Assembly (NCBI RefSeq): GCF_022045235.1
Contig: NW_027266275.1
Span: 80,042,001-80,106,000, forward strand
DNA from: Haliotis cracherodii
Taxonomy: Eukaryota
Direction: 5' to 3'
DNA length: 64,000 nt
Below the pieces are notes generated by a model. It did not search any database and had not been told where the DNA came from. It was given only the letters and a program-made list of their open reading frames with translations. A program made the position numbers and the translations under genes. This document shows positions 63,201-64,000 of the stretch, piece by piece (position 1 is the stretch's first letter; each line of letters opens with the position of its first letter).

Positions 63201-63475
63201 GGAAACTTTACATATTCTCTAAAGTTTAATGTGTGTTTGTATATTCAGTTACCTATGGTTGTATTTCCATTTTGTTAAGTGGTTTATCACTCAAGTGACA
63301 CTCTTAGAGTGTTTTCTATGTTTAATATGAAATTTTTATAGCTTAGCCCTTGTCCCTGCAGGCTGACTACAAGTACTGCTACGACATGGCAAAGGAATAC
63401 ATCTGCTCTGAGAACGTCTATGCCAACATGGGACAACCTGCTTCTGAGCCGGGGAAATCGGGGACCTGTGCATGA
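42207..63475 (+). CDS. Gene B: paralogous F-type lectin/EGF receptor-type protein tyrosine phosphatase (about 1010 aa, 25 coding exons; exon 2 truncated by assembly gap)
   Basis: Exons: 42207-42297 (putative signal exon, less certain), <43226-43314, 43747-43983, 46555-46728, 47687-47824, 47973-48110, 48342-48488 (extra EGF), 48701-48815 (TM), 48953-49008, 49255-49424, 49643-49730, 49910-49983, 50259-50295, 50533-50630, 51148-51276, 51628-51773, 54851-54986, 55168-55314, 55505-55604, 55770-55843, 56482-56604, 57354-57482, 58237-58382, 59152-59287, 63362-63475. Intron phases and most exon lengths match gene A. Motifs [33 protein letters not shown]2 HCVDGARMCG, end [20 protein letters not shown]. 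Confidence 0.88.
42440..43088 (-). mobile_element. R4/Dong-like LINE RT C-terminal fragment in gene B intron 1
   Basis: [52 protein letters not shown]. The frame continues after the SINE insertion at 42767-42902. Confidence 0.7.
42767..42902 (-). mobile_element. SINE family B inserted in the LINE fragment
   Basis: 13 bp TSD ctatcatgaagag. tRNA-like head ggggcggtcgggtagcctagtgg on the minus strand. Confidence 0.88.
43089..43225. other. Assembly gap (N run) removing the start of gene B exon 2
   Basis: The N run ends inside the EGF exon (CHCRNKPC...). Confidence 0.99.
43747..46728 (+). CDS. Gene B F-type lectin domain, exons 43747-43983 and 46555-46728
   Basis: [14 protein letters not shown]...AGLALDGN...[16 protein letters not shown]...ITIYNRRE|[17 protein letters not shown]...[29 protein letters not shown]. 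Confidence 0.85.
44357..44865 (+). mobile_element. SINE family A with triplicated 5' segment and duplicated 3' part
   Basis: Three tandem copies of the gtgaagat...agaataggtcttcagcaacccatgcttg head, and a second partial body after 44705. Confidence 0.8.
44955..45262. repeat. About 153 bp tandem duplication
   Basis: catccacacatcagcatcgaatccacacccc...gaacgtaagtcctca occurs twice. Confidence 0.9.
45998..46445. repeat. 30-31 bp AT-rich minisatellite, gene B intron 3
   Basis: Unit tatctatatcatgatgttataacaatatagt. Confidence 0.95.
47225..47474 (-). mobile_element. tRNA-derived SINE family D (Meta/CORE-like)
   Basis: On the minus strand: ccgtggtctagtggtagagcgtccgcc...ggggttcgatccccggccgcgtcatacc. 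Second copy at 61113-61325 and a fragment at 61503-61577. Confidence 0.75.
50809..50971 (+). mobile_element. SINE family B, full length
   Basis: ggggcggtcgggtagcctagtg...cccgggttcgattccc...gcgtaaaaccatactcactcact. Confidence 0.88.
51628..54986 (+). CDS. Gene B PTP D1 catalytic exons (51628-51773, 54851-54986)
   Basis: Same motifs as gene A. The intron contains a 2.7 kb G-rich minisatellite. Confidence 0.95.
51818..54600. repeat. 53/54 bp G-rich minisatellite, about 50 copies, in the intron that splits the gene B catalytic motif
   Basis: Unit ggtggagagaaggtggtgagagatcagatgggg(ttc/tg)gcgatgggtggaaggggc. Confidence 0.97.
54441..54547. mobile_element. PIF/Harbinger-like MITE (107 bp) inserted in the minisatellite
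   Basis: 31 bp TIR ggcccacttgcacaaagcgatcttagcgcta with 2 mismatches, and a 3 bp CAG target duplication. Confidence 0.8.
55904..56128 (-). mobile_element. SINE family A
   Basis: 11 bp TSD gtctatatgat. Confidence 0.8.
56948..57228 (+). mobile_element. SINE family A
   Basis: Family A consensus with (AAAC)n tail. Confidence 0.85.
57843..58054. repeat. 212 bp fold-back element with about 92 bp arms
   Basis: acaaatgttatatttgggata...ttcgaacccacactgc / gcagtggggggtcgaatccc...tatccaaaatataacatttgt. Confidence 0.85.
58727..58990 (+). mobile_element. SINE family A
   Basis: Family A consensus. A degenerate copy also lies at about 61670-61880. Confidence 0.8.
60982..61112. other. Assembly gap (N run) in the last intron of gene B
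   Basis: N run. Confidence 0.99.
61960..63150. repeat. 11 bp G-rich minisatellite (ggtggtagag[c/t/a]) in the last intron of gene B
   Basis: About 105 copies of the 11-mer. Confidence 0.97.
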
Positions 63476-63509
63476 TTATATGTGACCGTGGGATAACATA
63501 CATAGTGTT

Positions 63510-63730
63510 AATCAACGACCAGTGACAAAACGCGATTATAATCAACGACCGGTTGTAGCAGAGGCTTATAATCAACGACGAGTGAGAACGCACGCATTTA
63601 ATCAACGACCAGTGAGAACGCACGCATTTAATCAACGACCAGTGAGAACGCACGCATTTAATCAACGACCAGTGAGAACGCACGCATTTAAGCAACGACC
63701 AGTGAGAACGCACGCATTTAAGCAACGATC
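63510..63730. repeat. 30 bp tandem repeat just after the gene B stop (probable 3' UTR)
   Basis: atcaacgaccagtgagaacgcacgcattta, about 7 copies. Confidence 0.9.
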
Positions 63731-64000
63731 TTGTCACAAAATGTGTTTCTTTTTCTCGTTCGCCCACTTTGTTATTTCTTCTTTTGCAATGTCATTATGA
63801 TATTGTCTGATTTTTGTATTATTGTGCGGAAGGTATTACGTGGTTATATGTTCGTTTTATTTACATTTCACTATATTTATCCATGTCTTCTATACATGCG
63901 TTTTCACTATTTATATTTCTGTTTTCTACTGAGTGTTTCAAATGTTACATGCATGACTGATATTGTAACCGTTACTTCTTACATTTTATTGTAATATTCT

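Overview
Eukaryotic, AT-rich, repeat-rich genomic DNA. The SINE families and gene content suggest a gastropod mollusc, possibly abalone-like (inference). Most entries in the ORF track are exon fragments, transposon debris or repeat artefacts. Manual splicing gives two tandem, same-strand paralogous receptor-type protein tyrosine phosphatase (RPTP) genes with the architecture signal peptide - EGF-like - F-type (fucolectin/galactose-binding-like) lectin domain - 2 or 3 MEGF-type EGF repeats - TM - active PTP D1 - pseudo-PTP D2 - C-terminal YxNM motif. Gene A spans 2953-27228 (24 coding exons, about 937 aa, frame intact). Gene B spans about 42207-63475 (25 exons, about 1010 aa, exon 2 partly in an N gap). 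The paralogues are a mosaic. Ectodomains and several PTP exons are strongly diverged, while the catalytic-core exons and adjacent intron DNA are nearly identical and GC3-rich, which suggests exon-restricted gene conversion. Gene B has about 17 N-glycosylation sequons against 3 in gene A, an extra EGF exon, and a G-rich minisatellite expanded from a seed still visible in gene A. The remainder consists of Tc1 transposons, LINE fragments (one doubly inverted), a Crypton-like remnant, a Gypsy gag remnant, four SINE families, MITEs/hairpins and several satellites.
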